In this document: one piece after another, positions 13,254 through 25,640 of the stretch
How the letters are laid out: every line of letters begins with the position of its first letter
Numbering within the stretch: position 1 is the first letter of the stretch
Source: Felis catus
Taxonomy: Eukaryota
Reading direction: 5' to 3'
Length of the DNA stretch: 64,000 nt
NCBI RefSeq assembly: GCF_018350175.1
Contig: NC_058368.1
Coordinates: forward strand, 101,248,001-101,312,000
The notes under the pieces: generated by a model
Seen by the model: the letters and a program-made list of their open reading frames with translations, nothing else
What the model was told of the DNA's origin: nothing
Database searches by the model: none
Translations under genes and position numbers: made by a program

Positions 13254-13494
13254 ACTAAGAAAAGTTATTCTAAAGTTCATATGGAAAAATGGACAAGAAA
13301 GAATAGTCAGAAAAGTCCTGAAAAGAAGTGCAAACGGGGAATTCGCCTAGCCAGTTTGGCCTTTTTATTGTAAAGACAGCATGTAAAACAAGGTCCTTTC
13401 GGCAGATAGATTGCTCTCAGTGGAAGAAAATAGAAGATCCAGTTCACAGGCCAAAATACGTAAGGGAATCCGGTATATGAAAAGGTAGCATCTT

Positions 13495-13714
13495 GGAGCG
13501 CCTGGGTGGCTCAGTCAGTTAACCATCTGACTTTGGTTCAAGTCATGATCTCACGACCTATGCGTTAAAGCCCCGCGTCGGGCTCAGTGCTGACAGCTCA
13601 GAACCTGGAGCCTGCTTTGGATTCTGTCTCCCTCTCTCTCTGCCTCTCTCCAGCTCATGCTGTGTTCACTCTGTGTCTCAAAAATGAATAAACGTTAAAA
13701 AAAAATTTTTTTAA
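13495..13714 (+). mobile_element. CanSINE
   Basis: ggagcgcctgggtggctcagtcag head, A tail. Confidence 0.95.
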
Positions 13715-13759
13715 AGAAAATGTAGACTTTTGAATTAGTGGGAAGAAATATAAATCCTT

Positions 13760-13945
13760 ATATATTGCTCACTATGTCCCAACGAGCGTCAAAGCACTTC
13801 GCACGTATTGAATTACTTTATCCCTGCGACCACCCTGTGTACAAAGTAATATTAGTAACCTCAATTTATAATATACCTGAGGCTAGTAAGTAGAGTTTGA
13901 ATTCAAAACCAAGTTACAAATCCTGTGCTTTAAACTCTTACACTC
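13760..13945 (-). mobile_element. MIR fragment
   Basis: cactatgt..aagcactt..tccctgcgaccaccctgtg..tttgaattcaaa. Confidence 0.6.
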
Positions 13946-13975
13946 ATCAAACTGTTTTATAAAAATATTCATCAA

Positions 13976-14146
13976 GGGTACCTGGGTGGCTCAGTTGGGC
14001 ATCCTACTCTTGATTTTGGCTCATGGTCATCTGGCTCTGGGCTGAGCTTGGGGAGTGCTTAGCATTCTCTCTTGCTCCCTCTGCCCCTCCCCCACTCATG
14101 AGCACTTTCTCTCTCTCTCTCTCTCTCTCTCAAAAAGAGTAAAAAA
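13976..14146 (+). mobile_element. Older CanSINE
   Basis: TSD aaat(a/g)ttcatcaa. Confidence 0.9.
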
Positions 14147-14704
14147 TAAATGTTCATCAAATAATTATTCTTAAGTGAAAAAAGGCTTGAAGATGTAGAT
14201 ACAGAATGACCTCAAAGTATATGTATTTTCACGTAATGGTGTATTTACTTATTGTGTATTTATGCGGAAATAGCGAGAAGGAAAAACTATGGTTGGTAGT
14301 TTGGGAATTATAGGTTAGCCTAATTTTTTTTTAATTTGGAGCTTGGTATCATTTCCCGATTTTTTACAATGACGTGGCTTTTATGTTTGGAAAGCATAGA
14401 GATAGTAAGAAACAAAACAAGATTTGGAGAGAAAATATTGTTGTGTAGTATAAGATATAAAATAATATGTAGTGAAAATAATATATATTTAGCTTTTGGC
14501 TCAGACCGCAAAATTGGCATTCACTTTTAAGATAAAATGTGAAACTTTAAAAAACTGGTTGATGAAGACGCCAAGCTATACCTAGGCCCTTGGTTACTCC
14601 CAGCTGTCATTATTGGCACGTTAGAGAAAGAGTTTGAGACGCTCCAGAGTAAGGCTAAGAATGGTGGAGTTACATATCTAGGGTGTTAAAAAAATAATTA
14701 CTAC

Positions 14705-14930
14705 GGGGACGCCTGGGTGGTTCAGTTGGTTACACGTCTGACTTCGGCTCACGTCATGATCTCACAGTTTGCGAGTTCGAGTCCCACATTGGGCTCGGTG
14801 CTGACAGCTCAGAGCCTGGAGCCTGCTTCAGCTCCTGTGTCTCCCTGTCTCTCTGCCCCTCCCCCACTCTCACTTTGTCTGTCCGCCTCCTTCTCTCTCT
14901 CAAAAATAAATGAACATTTAAAACATTAAA
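14705..14930 (+). mobile_element. CanSINE
   Basis: TSD aattacta. Confidence 0.95.
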
Positions 14931-15667
14931 AATTACTATGATTTCAAAACTCTTTTGGCTAACGATATCAAACTGTTAAAATATCTATAATGGAAGAATG
15001 ATCTCGGCCATCATTTTCTGAAGCCTGTTTCTAAAAATGCCGATTTCGTCCTGCCACACAAATTCTATCCGAAGGTTTACAGTGAGTTCTACACTTCTTG
15101 GTATCCTTCAGGCCCAACCCTAGAGAGCTACAGCATACAGGAGTTATTTGAGAGGCCCTGATCACTGCCCTCTAATACGTAGGGAACCATCATAAGACAT
15201 CTGAGATGGATATGCATTCACTTCTTTTCAAAAGATCCCTGGGGGGAGAGAGGTTGAATACGTCAGCCGTGAGTTATCTGGGGACATGGTGATATCGAGC
15301 TGTTTACCCCCACAGAGGTTTCTGTGGCCCCTCTGTCCTCTGTAAACTGAGTCTGTGGTTTCCGCCTGCCTCCTTCAGCCCCATCACTTAGGATGCTGTG
15401 TGGCTGGCATCGGTTTTCTTGTCTGTCTCAGCTCCCACATTTGCAAACGTCTCGAGAGCACATTCCATATGTTCTTCTCCATATCCCGTCTGTTCGCCCA
15501 GAGGAAGTACTCGTCTTTTTTTCAAAGAAGGAATGAAAGAGTTAATGCCTTTTCATTCCACACAAAAGTGAACAGTTAGGGGTGGATCTCAGGACTGGTT
15601 TGTCCCAAACCAGTGGGTCTAAGAACTAAGTTCGCCTAGAGACAAACTCAGAAATCATGAAATTGGT

Positions 15668-15878
15668 GAGGTACCTGGGTCACTCAGTCGGTTAAGCCTC
15701 CAGCTCTTGATTTTCGCTCGGTCATGATCTCAGAGTTTGTGGGTTCGAGCCCCGCATCGGACTCTGCATTGGCAGTGTGGAGCTTGCTTGGGATTCTCTG
15801 CCTCTCCCTCTCTCTCTCCCCCTTCCCTGCTCATGCTTGCTCTCTCTCAAAATGGATAAATAAATAACATTTTTAAAA
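15668..15878 (+). mobile_element. CanSINE
   Basis: Head, B-box gggttcgagccc, CT tract, tail. Confidence 0.92.
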
Positions 15879-16085
15879 AGTCATGAACATGATATCACAT
15901 CTCCTTAGAACCTAATAATTGAAAAACAGTTTTCATTTTCACGTGAATTATCTGTTGAGATAGGCAGGTGTTACCATAAGCATTTCCTTAGGTTCCGAGG
16001 GATGAAATGGCTTGTGGGCGTTGATAACGTCTCGAGGAGTTTTGTCCATTTGGGAAAAAAGACGAGAATCTCTTTGGTGGCCTGA

Positions 16086-16313
16086 TTTTTTTTTTTTAAT
16101 TTTTTTTTCAACGTTTTTATTTATTTTTGGGACAGAGAGAGACAGAGCATGAACGGGGGAGGAGCAGAGAGAAAGGGAGACACAGAATCGGAAACAGGCT
16201 CCAGGCTCCGAGCCATCAGCCCAGAGCCTCACGCGGGGCTCGAACTCACGGACCGCGAGATCGTGACCTGGCTGAAGTCGGACGCCTAACCGACTGCGCC
16301 ACCCAGGCGCCCC
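16086..16313 (-). mobile_element. Young feline CanSINE
   Basis: TSD tttggtggcctgattttt. Confidence 0.97.
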
Positions 16314-16650
16314 ATTTGGTGGCCTGATTTTTAAATGCCCCTACTTCCCATGATGGGTCAGGGGTGGAGAAAACAAGATAATAATTTGGAAGCGTAACTT
16401 TGGCAAGTTGAATCTTGCGCGCAACTCTAAGATACTATTCAATTATGTCTCGCGTGCAATCCAGATTTTCCTACTGTGCCTTCAGCTCATTTCCTCTTGC
16501 TGAGGCTTCAGTAAAAACATAAAGAGTGCTGTTCTGCCCTCTGTCCGGGACCCCCACCGAGTCACTGGTGAGCGGATGACATTGTACATGCGGGGCCTTA
16601 GCTTTAGGACCTGTCCCAATCAGGACTGATGTTCCTGTCTAGCTTCTCTG

Positions 16651-17598
16651 TGTTGAGGCTCTTTTCATTGCCCAAGAAAGAAATTTCAGGAGCTCAAGAG
16701 ACACAGAGAGACAAGGCAAAGGATTTCACCTGTTACATTGCATAGTAAATGCACTGTCCAAGTAATATGTAGTTATTGCCATACTGCTTATGGTCCTCTA
16801 GCAGAAAGTAAACTTACCCCGGATCTGAGTTCATGTCTGAGTGATGGCAGGAGGTGAGAGGTGCCTGATGCCTGCCGATCGGTTTGTGCTGCAGAGGTGT
16901 CCCCACACCTGTGCTGCAGAGGTCTCCCTGCACCTGTGCTAAGGATTTCTCCCCATACCTCCAGAACCTCCCCTGATGGAGGGGAGAGAATACGGGCTAC
17001 TTTTGTAACCACTCTGGGGGATTCGAGAAATTGTGGCTTTATGATGAAATCAAGCGAGTACTTCCCATGACTCAGTCCCATTAGACCTTTGGGCAAGTCC
17101 ACTCCCAGGAAATTCTATTAGATCTTCAACCCAAGGCATGCCTCTCTATGCATGGATAGGGAAATAAGCATTCTCTCATGCAAGCCTGTGAGAAATCTAA
17201 AAACAGCCTGCGATTTCACGCTATGAGATTTCCGTCGCTGTAATCCTGCAGATATCTCACACGGAAAAATTACGCGCTCCTTCCCTACCTTACATAGCAA
17301 AAATTGCTGCCACGTGGTATTCTTTTCCAATAAGGAATATTGCATTGCATGTCTGACGCGTCCCAGGGAACTTGAGGTCCCGGGGGCGGGGGGAAGATTT
17401 TCCCCAAAATCCTCTATATCAGCCTTCTCTTTTAAATAACATTTCTCCCTAGGAATTGTAGGTTCCATCCCATGTCAGTAAATGGGCCCCTAATAGCCCT
17501 CCATGGCGAAGTTATGACTTATCCCCAAAGAAAAATGCTGCCTTGTGAGCATGTTTTATTGAGGCTAAGAGTCAAGTCATAAAACATCAGCCCTCACA
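16651..17598 (-). mobile_element. Probable solo ERV1-type LTR (family not identified)
   Basis: TG..CA ends (tgttgagg / ccctcaca), tctg/tttg flanks, U5-like gagacacagagagacaaggcaaag, internal 25-bp tandem repeat, E-box and GC-box in the U3-like half. Confidence 0.45.
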
Positions 17599-17876
17599 TT
17601 TGAGTGCCTGTTCACTAAGACACTATTTATTTGTACATAAATATTTGTCTTTTCTTCGCAGGGGTCTAGTTGCTTGCGTATTCAAGTAGACCATATGTGT
17701 AAATTTAAAACGTCCGAAGTGTTATAATGGGAATGTAGATTAGGAACTGATTATTTTGGCTGCTGGTTTTTCAAATACATTAAACAGCTCCTTGCTTTAT
17801 CTACAGTATACGTGCAAAAGCAATTCTCACGTTGAGAAATCATGTACATCTCTAAGCATTAAAATAAAAGGTGACA

Positions 17877-18047
17877 GGGGAGCCTGGGTGGCTCAGTCGG
17901 TTGAGCGTCTGACTTCAGCTCAGGTCATGATCTCACAGCTGTGTGAGTTCGAGCCCTGCGTCGGGCTCTGTGCTGATGGCTCAGAGCCTGGAGCCTGCTT
18001 CAGATTCTGTGTCTCCCTCTCTCTCTGCCCCTCCCCCAGTTGTGCGC

Positions 18048-18079
<32 letters not shown>

Positions 18080-18110
18080 AAAAATAAATAAACACTAAAA
18101 AAAAATTTTA
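17877..18110 (+). mobile_element. CanSINE
   Basis: TSD aaa(a/g)taaaag(g/a)tgaca. Confidence 0.95.
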
Positions 18111-18327
18111 AAGTAAAAGATGACAGACCATACGGGTCTTTTACTGTTTTTGAAATTTTATGCTCTTAAATTAGTTTTTATGTCTGTGTTAGATTTGGGC
18201 CTTAGGAAAGAAAACAATTAGCTTCTGTTCATTTGATATCATAAAAACATTATGGCGAATTAAAAGTAATGTGGAAATATGTACATTAAGCCCTTGAGAA
18301 TAGTGCACCTGAAAATCATGCAAGGTC

Positions 18328-18581
18328 AGGGTGCCTGGGTGGCTCAATCAGTTGAGCATCTGACTTTGGCTCAGGTCACCATCTCACAGGTCGTGAGTTC
18401 GAGCCCCGCATTGGGCTCTGTGCTGACAGCTTGGAGCCTGGAGCCTGCTTCGGATTCTGTGTCTCCCTCTCTCTCTGCCCCTGCCCCGCTTATGCTCTGT
18501 CTCTCTCTCTCTCTCTCGCTCTCTCTCGCTCGCTCGCTCGCTCGCTCGAAAATAAACATTAAAAAATAATGTTAAAAGATA
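18328..18581 (+). mobile_element. CanSINE
   Basis: TSD aaaatc(a/c)tgcaaggtc; (CT)n/(CTCG)n tract. Confidence 0.95.
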
Positions 18582-19669
18582 AAATCCTGCAAGGTCCTTA
18601 GGAAGTCCTGTGTGCTCATCTGTCCATCCATCTATTTACTGTCCCCCGTGGTCTCTGAATCTCTAGGGTTTTTCCAGATGCAAGTTGTAACATTGTCTTC
18701 TCTTTAAATTACTTAAGAAACAGTCATGTTTGCTTCCTGACTTCCGCTGATAGAGCATTTGTATGTCCCGCGTGGAAATACAGCTTCTGATTCCTCCCGG
18801 TGCACACACAAAGTTCCTTCTCGAAGCAAGCCCAGAGGTAGGCGGGGTGTTTCCCCTCTGATTTCATTTTTGTCTCCGGAGGGTCTCTGGAGTGAAGCTG
18901 CTTTCCTCAGAAACTCCTACCAGCTTTGCTAAGGCACCAAGATAGTTGATGAAATCGATCTGAGTAAAAAGTAGACGGAAATAAGTCTATGCTGTGCTTT
19001 CATAGGGAAAGTTGTAAGCAGTCTTGTCAAGAGGGTGTTTGAACATACTCATTCATTCTGTTCCTTTCTGTCAGGTGTTGATAACAGGCTCATTACACTT
19101 AAGTTGGAGCTTAAATGTGGAATGTTGTATTTGAAAAGAAGGTGCTGAAAGCAGTTCTAAGACTTCTTTATGTCTCGGCTAAAAATAATTAAATGGAAGA
19201 GAAGAAAAGTAACGCTGTCACCTTTGTGTCAAGTCAGCTTACTGTGGGCTCTGACACAAAATGGAAACCGGAAAGGAAGTGCAGTGTAGCCCTGGAGAGT
19301 GAAATAAATATGACGTTGGCTCATTCTGCGCCCTTCGCGAGGATGTTGATGGAAATTGCACGTGAGATTCTAAGGACTAGATGTGAGCTGCCACTGGCTC
19401 TCTACAGGAAAGCCGTGTGAACCCCACTTACACAAAAAGACCTGTAAATTCCAAATAAATTTCAGGAGATTGGGGCTTGATGTTTGAGCCTGAAAAACAC
19501 AGTGAGACACTTAGGATAAGAAACCATGTACTGTTACCGTTGACTTCCAACTGGTTTGGAAAAGAAAAAATGAGACTGTGTTTACTGAATGTGAAGAATT
19601 TCTTGCAGAGCATAGGAGCCTAGAAATCTTCTGAAAATGACATCTAAGAAAAAGATGGCACCAAAAAGA

Positions 19670-19895
19670 TAATAGTATTCTGGAAAAGACAAAACTATAG
19701 GGGCAGACACAGATCAGTGGTCACCAGGCGTTGAGGTAAGGAAAGGGCTTGACTGCAAAGGCTGACACACATTCTATACCTTGATGGTGGCTGTGGTTGC
19801 TGACTCGGCATTTCTCAAAACCCATTGACCTATTCTAGACATCCCAGAGAGTGAATTTTAGCGCGTGTAAATTAGCAACAAATTCAGCATTAAAA
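19670..19895 (+). mobile_element. Old L1 3' end (L1MD/ME-like)
   Basis: attctggaaaagacaaaactatagggg..agatcagtggtcaccagg..gagtgaattttag. Confidence 0.75.
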
Positions 19896-21459
19896 AAAAA
19901 AATCACCCTAGCCAAAAGTAGTTTTGAGTTAATATTCAGGTGCAGAAGTTCATCACTACTTCTTTTTTTAATCTGACATGGTTTCTAACCCAGTGCAAGT
20001 GGAGGCAAGAAAGACAAGTCAGAGGGAAACTACTTTGTGCCTCTGGGTTTGTTTACCGTGAGTCATCAGGGGAGCTGTTTAAATTATTGTTGTGAAGAAA
20101 GTTGAAATACTTAAAATGTAGGGAAAACAAATATAATAAACACCAGAATGGTCACCAGAACTTGCAAACGTTACGATTGGCTGGCATCAGACGGTTCTGT
20201 GTAAATAAAATAGAACTCTCTAGATAAAGGGGAAGTCCCTTGTATTCCCGTCTCCTGGCCAGCTCTAGCACACAGAGATGATTTGGAAAAATAATAAAGT
20301 AGAACGAAACTGGTGGGGACTCTGCTCCGTCGGTAGAATGAGTTAACAACGTTCATCACACGATGATGGGGGTGCGTATCCCCACAGACCAGGTCCTCGA
20401 GAAGGGCAGGATTAACACACACATGCTAACATGGAAAAGACTACCAAAACATCCGGTGACTAGTTAAGCCAGTGCTAAATGCAGTCCTGGAAATGCACAC
20501 AGTTGGTCTGACGCCTGGCCTGGCGGGATCAGTAAACGTGGATCCCCATGACCAACATCGAGTATTTCCAGCTTCCTCATTCCCTTTTCCCAAAAACTCC
20601 AGCAACAGAGTCAGTCTGGTGTGGAGGGAAATAACAAGCCACAGCAGGTCTGTACTTAAGAGGATTAATAAAGGTTTTAGCTCTAAAGAGTATCAAACCG
20701 GAGAAACCACAAGAGAAAACCAATTTGGTGCTAATGCCGAATCTGCCATGTTAATTTAAAAGAAAATAACTGTAGATGGCTTTTCAAATTGCAAAAACTG
20801 CCAGAGCTGTCCAAATGTCCCCACTCCCTCTCTCCTGCATGCCTGGTGTCTGACAAGAAAATTGCTAGTCTTAATCCGAAAGAAAGCAATTACGAAACGG
20901 AGATGTGTCATATTATAGGCTGCCCTCGGTTACAGGAATAGTTTGCTTGCAGCATTGAGAAAGTCATTCCAAATTGCTTTCTTAAATGTTTTGTGGAACT
21001 CTTGGAGCCCCAGAGTAGCACATTAGCCTAACTTGTTTAATATGAGTCTATTTGTCTAAGCGCCGGGTGCCGTGACCATGGAGGCTGAAGTCATCTTGCC
21101 GTCAGCCATGGGAACTGTTGGTTTTCCCCCCAAGACCATCAAGAACAAGAATTGCTTCTTCAGCCCCAATTCTCTTAAGTGGTGTTTGGGACCCTTTACA
21201 ACCAGACTCCAACTTTGAGCTCCTATTTTTCACTACCCTCAAAAGGAGCCTTTGGATCCAAATTTGCGCGCCTGAAATGCATCCTCAGAACCCCCACTTC
21301 TTGGTTCCTTTTTCTCCTTTCACTCTCTTGATGACTTCAGCCAGTCTCACAGCTTTCACTGTCCGTATGTCTGCAACTCCCCAAATCATATCTGTACGTC
21401 TCTCCTGAGCTCCAGAGGCACGTACGCGATTGCCTCCTTGAAACCTCCAGTCCGAGGTC

Positions 21460-21624
21460 AGTGTCTCATTACTTAAAGTCTGATTCCACGTCAGCACCAT
21501 TGCATTACCTGGGAGCTTGTTAGAAACGCAGGATCTTGGGTTCCATTTTTGACCGACCGGATCAGAACCTGCACTCTAACAAGACCCCAGATTCGTCTGC
21601 ACATTAAAGTTTGAGAAGCACTGG
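21460..21624. mobile_element. MER5A-type MITE
   Basis: cctgggagcttgttagaaa..tcagaacctgcactctaacaagacccca..cacattaaagtttgagaagcactg. Confidence 0.9.
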
Positions 21625-22608
21625 TCTGTATCGTGGTTAAGGATTTCGCATATTCTACACTCCGATTGTTATTTATTTTAGGTAACTATTCTATCAGATT
21701 TTCAACATTGCGCGGCTTGAGACCAAGACTCATTTTGCTTTATACTTGTAGCGCCTAGCAGAGGAGACTCTAACGAAGTAGATACACAGTGTGTTCCATT
21801 ACCCTGAAATGCAAATGGACAAGTCTGCATGAAAGACTCTCACAGTTGAGTCTGGGCTGGAGGCAGAGCTAACTGGCTCGCGTTACCAGTCATGGACTGC
21901 CAGGGGCATCACCGCTTATCACGGTGGATTCGAAAGTTGTGATTGGCACTTGGTGACTGGTTCTAGAAGAAGGGACTGTTTGATGTTTCAGGATGTCGGT
22001 TAAGTCATGCTTTTACAAGAAGTTTCTACTCAGCGATACCGAAACAATCTCACGCTTTCTCTGGCTTAGTCAAAATGTGAATTTGTCCACGGAGCCAATT
22101 AGAGTGCCCCACTCGTCCTGCTCTAGCCTGGACATCTGTATAATAATTGGGCCATGAATGAGGCTTTTCCTGAAAATATGTGTTTACCAACATTAGCCTG
22201 GGCTTGTGCTGGATCACACTGGGCCTGTGTTCTTCAGCAGAAAGAATGAATGTTCTCATTCCACTCTGAGCTATGGTGTTTCCTATTCAATTTCCCTGTT
22301 TGTTTCTGTATCTGATACACATTTAAGAGGATTTCGCAGGAGCCACAGGATTTGTGAAAATCAATGGGTAGTAAATTTAGTCTCAGACATCCTCAGAATG
22401 GCCCTCATTTGCATCAGGAATTGAACCGGGGCAATGAAAGTCCTAGCGATGGGGCTCCTCAGGTCTAACAGCCTCACAAGGGGGGAGCTGCAGGCCTCCA
22501 GCACAGGAACAGAGTCAAGTCACTTAGTGATAAGCTATCAGGGAAAAGAAGGCTGGCTCTGGAACAAGACTTCTATTTTCACGAAGACTAGCATTAACTT
22601 ATTTTTCT

Positions 22609-22818
22609 TGAGCGCCTGGGTGGCTCAGTCGGTTAAGCGTGCGACTTCAGCTCAGGTCATGATCGTGTGGTTCAGGAGTTCAAGCCCTGCGTTGTTGGGC
22701 TCTGTGCTGACAGCTCAGAGCCTGGAGCCTGCTTCGAGTTCTGTGTCTCCCGCTCTCTCTGCCCCTCCCCCACTGCACTCTGTCTCTCAAAAATAAACAT
22801 TAAAAAAAATTTTTTTTA
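22609..22818 (+). mobile_element. CanSINE
   Basis: Head, CT tract, tail. Confidence 0.95.
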
Positions 22819-22937
22819 ATGAAATACGTTTATGTTCCAGTGCTTATTCTTCCTAGAAATAAGGTCTCCTGCTAAAACATTACTCCTTTGTTTTCTCAGT
22901 CGATCTTCTCTCTGAATTGCCATGTTTTACTTTGGAG

Positions 22938-23090
22938 CAGAGTTTCCCAAACGTGCCTGATGTTAAAAGCCACCAGAGGAGCTTGTCCAATGCTTGCTTT
23001 CCTGGGACCCAGCCCAGACCTAATTAAGGTCTCCTGGGGACTATCCAGGAGTGAGCATTTAAAATCAACTCTCAGGATGATTCTTAATTG
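22938..23090. mobile_element. MER5B/MER117-like MITE
   Basis: cagagtttcccaaac..cctgggacccagcccagacc..tcaggatgattct. Confidence 0.6.
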
Positions 23091-23191
23091 AAATCTTAAA
23101 GTATTCTCTTAAGTATTTATGTCTCTAAGTACTTTTTCGGAGGCAAATTAGAAAAGCTCCTGTTTCTTCCATCTATTCAGATATTTTTTGA

Positions 23192-23399
23192 GGGGCGTCT
23201 GGGCGGCTCAGTAGGTTAAGCGTCCAACTGTTGATTTCGGCTCAGGTCGTGACCTCAGGGTTCGAGCCCCGCGTCCGGCTCCGCCCCACTCTCTGTCTCC
23301 CTCTGCCTGCCCCTACCCTACTCGTGTGTGCAGGGTTCTCTCTCTCTCCAATAAATAATTTTTTAAAAAAAGAAAGAAAACAATTTTTGAATAATTTCT
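23192..23399 (+). mobile_element. CanSINE with internal deletion
   Basis: Head and B-box gggttcgagcccc; part of the body is absent. Confidence 0.9.
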
Positions 23400-24000
23400 G
23401 TCTGGATCCTGGGCCCTTGGTAAGCCCTCGAAAGATAAAGATGAATAAAACACAATCCCTGCTTTCAAGGATTTCAAATCACAAGGGAGACAAAACACAT
23501 AGAAAGATCCACAGAGCAAAATGCAGTGAGGACCATCTAGGAACTAGACAAATCCAGCCCTGCGTTTTTGTCTATTTGAGGAAACAATAATTCTACAAAT
23601 TTTTTAAATAGAGCCAAAACAAAATTTTTATGGAATTGGCATGTCTACCCCTCTGGGTTAAAATGAGATTCTTCTCTTTTTTTTCTTTTTTTGTTTGTTA
23701 ATAGAGCCCAAAGAAGTTTGTAGCTTGCCTGGTACCTGGCACAAAACTGGCACTGAATAAATATTTATTGAACAAATTAATGAATAAGAATTCCCACAAA
23801 ATTATGCAATGCAGAGAAAACAAAGGTATTCTTCTAAAGTGACTGGAAGTGACTAGGATTGGTAGGGCCTCAGGATGCTTTTTCCAAGGGTTCAAAGAAG
23901 AGAATTCTGAGTCATCGCTCTTTTGTCCCAACATTGTCAAATACCTTAACTACCATGGAACGAAAAGTTGTGTCCTTCCTGTGAGCCCCTTTGTTCTGTA

Positions 24001-24093
24001 TGATTCCCACACGTGCACCATTGTGTTACCTGGGAGCTTGTTAGAAACACAGGCTCTTAGGTTCCATTTTTGACCAACCAAGTCAGAATAGCA
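24001..24093. mobile_element. Internal MER5A fragment (likely copy of the 21.5 kb element)
   Basis: 65/74 identical to 21494-21567; no terminal repeats. Confidence 0.85.
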
Positions 24094-24650
24094 TTGATCT
24101 TACTTAGGGCTTCTGCCTGTTTTTGTTTCTTGCTATCCCTTTTTTCTTCCAAATGCAAACTATTTCATATGAATGTTATTTTTTCCAACCAGGGCATAAT
24201 GTCTAATATTGGACTTTGCACCAGGGGAATACCTTACTAAACAGAGCCTAGGGCCGAATACTTTTTAGGCCTAGATTTCATTTTCCTGGAAAGAATTTCT
24301 AATCTGCTCTGGAGGGACTTTCGGTTGAAAGCCTTCTTGACAAAAATAAATACATAAGTAATAAAATAAATCTAACACAAGTTGCTCTGCTATCTACATT
24401 CCCATATAAAGAACTCCAATTGAACCAGGAATGAACACAAGAATAATATTTGTGTCCTGTCATATTCTCCCTATTTTTTCTAAATAACTCTATTCTAAGT
24501 GTCATAGTTAAAGCTGGAAAGCAATTAAAGAGACTGCATGCCACGCTATGGCCAGCTTTCGAGAAACTGAGATGTAGGTGGAGTTCTTCTGACTGTGTAC
24601 TTTTCTTCCCATGTCCGAGGGCTCCATTACTCATGAGCTTTGTGAACGAG

Positions 24651-24753
<103 letters not shown>

Positions 24754-24953
24754 ATTTTTAAGTTTGTTTTGAGAGAGAGAGAGAGCGCGCGCGAGAATAT
24801 GCACGTGAGCAGGGGAGGGACAGAGGTGGGGGGGTGGAGAGAATCCCAAGCAGGCTCCATGTTGTCAGTACAGAGCCTAACACGGGGCTCAAACTCATGA
24901 ACTGTGAGATCATGACTTGAGCTGAAACCAAGAGTTGGCCACCCACGTGCCCC
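24754..24953 (-). mobile_element. CanSINE
   Basis: gaatcccaagcaggctcc..ccacccacgtgcccc. Confidence 0.93.
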
Positions 24954-25359
24954 AGTGAACCATTGTTTCTGCAGCAGGAATATTCGTACCCAACCCTGGT
25001 GCCTCGGCTCTCCAGGAAATCATGATAAATTGCTGTATTCGGAGTCCCAGCGCGCTGGCCGTCAGTGCCCGTGTGGCGGCCATAGTGCCACAGGTGAATC
25101 AGCCATCTTGTGTGTGATGTCCTAGGGTTTCCCTCATGTAGTTGGACCTTCCAACAGGCAGAATATCAGCCTGCACAATGAGTATTTCCCCAGACTGTGT
25201 GGTCGCCATATGTATTCCCATTATTTCTGGATAGCAAAGAAAACCAAAATAGTAATTTAAAAAAATCTTCACAGGGTGAAATATTGATGATGTGATGATG
25301 ATAGCAGCTGGCGTTAGGTAAACGTCGCCCAACAGTGTGCTAAGTGCCACACGTTCATT

Positions 25360-25640
25360 ATGTCACAAAATCTCACAGACAGGACGTTGTGCAAAAGAAG
25401 CGAGACACAAAACGGTATGATTTCATACTTGATACAAAGTCTAGAACAGACACAACTGACCGGTGGGGTTGAGCATCAGAGCCTAGGCAGAAAGCAAGGC
25501 AGGACTGCAATGGGTCTTCTGACGGGGCTGTTTTGGGAGATGAAAAATGTTCCATGTCTTGGTTGAAGTGGGTTGCTACACATCTGTATTCAATGGGACA
25601 TCAGGCATCAAGGTTTTTCTGGTGAACTTTCTGCTTTAAT
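25360..25640 (+). mobile_element. Old L1ME 3' end
   Basis: aatctcacagac..ttgtgcaaaagaagcgagacacaaa..tgaaaaatgttccatgtctt. Confidence 0.7.

Larger units (their letters stand above)
12960..13760 (+). mobile_element. Old L1M ORF2 fragment interrupted by two SINEs
   Basis: aagttattctaaagttcatatggaaaaat..aagaatagtcagaaaa is L1 ORF2-like. Confidence 0.7.

Noticed and set aside
15067..15087. Resemblance to the Y RNA 5' end (tccgaagg..agtgagtt)
   Set aside because: Needs a 4-nt gap and does not extend; likely chance.
16885..16940. CRISPR-like direct repeats
   Set aside because: Contiguous tandem units without spacers, in mammalian DNA.
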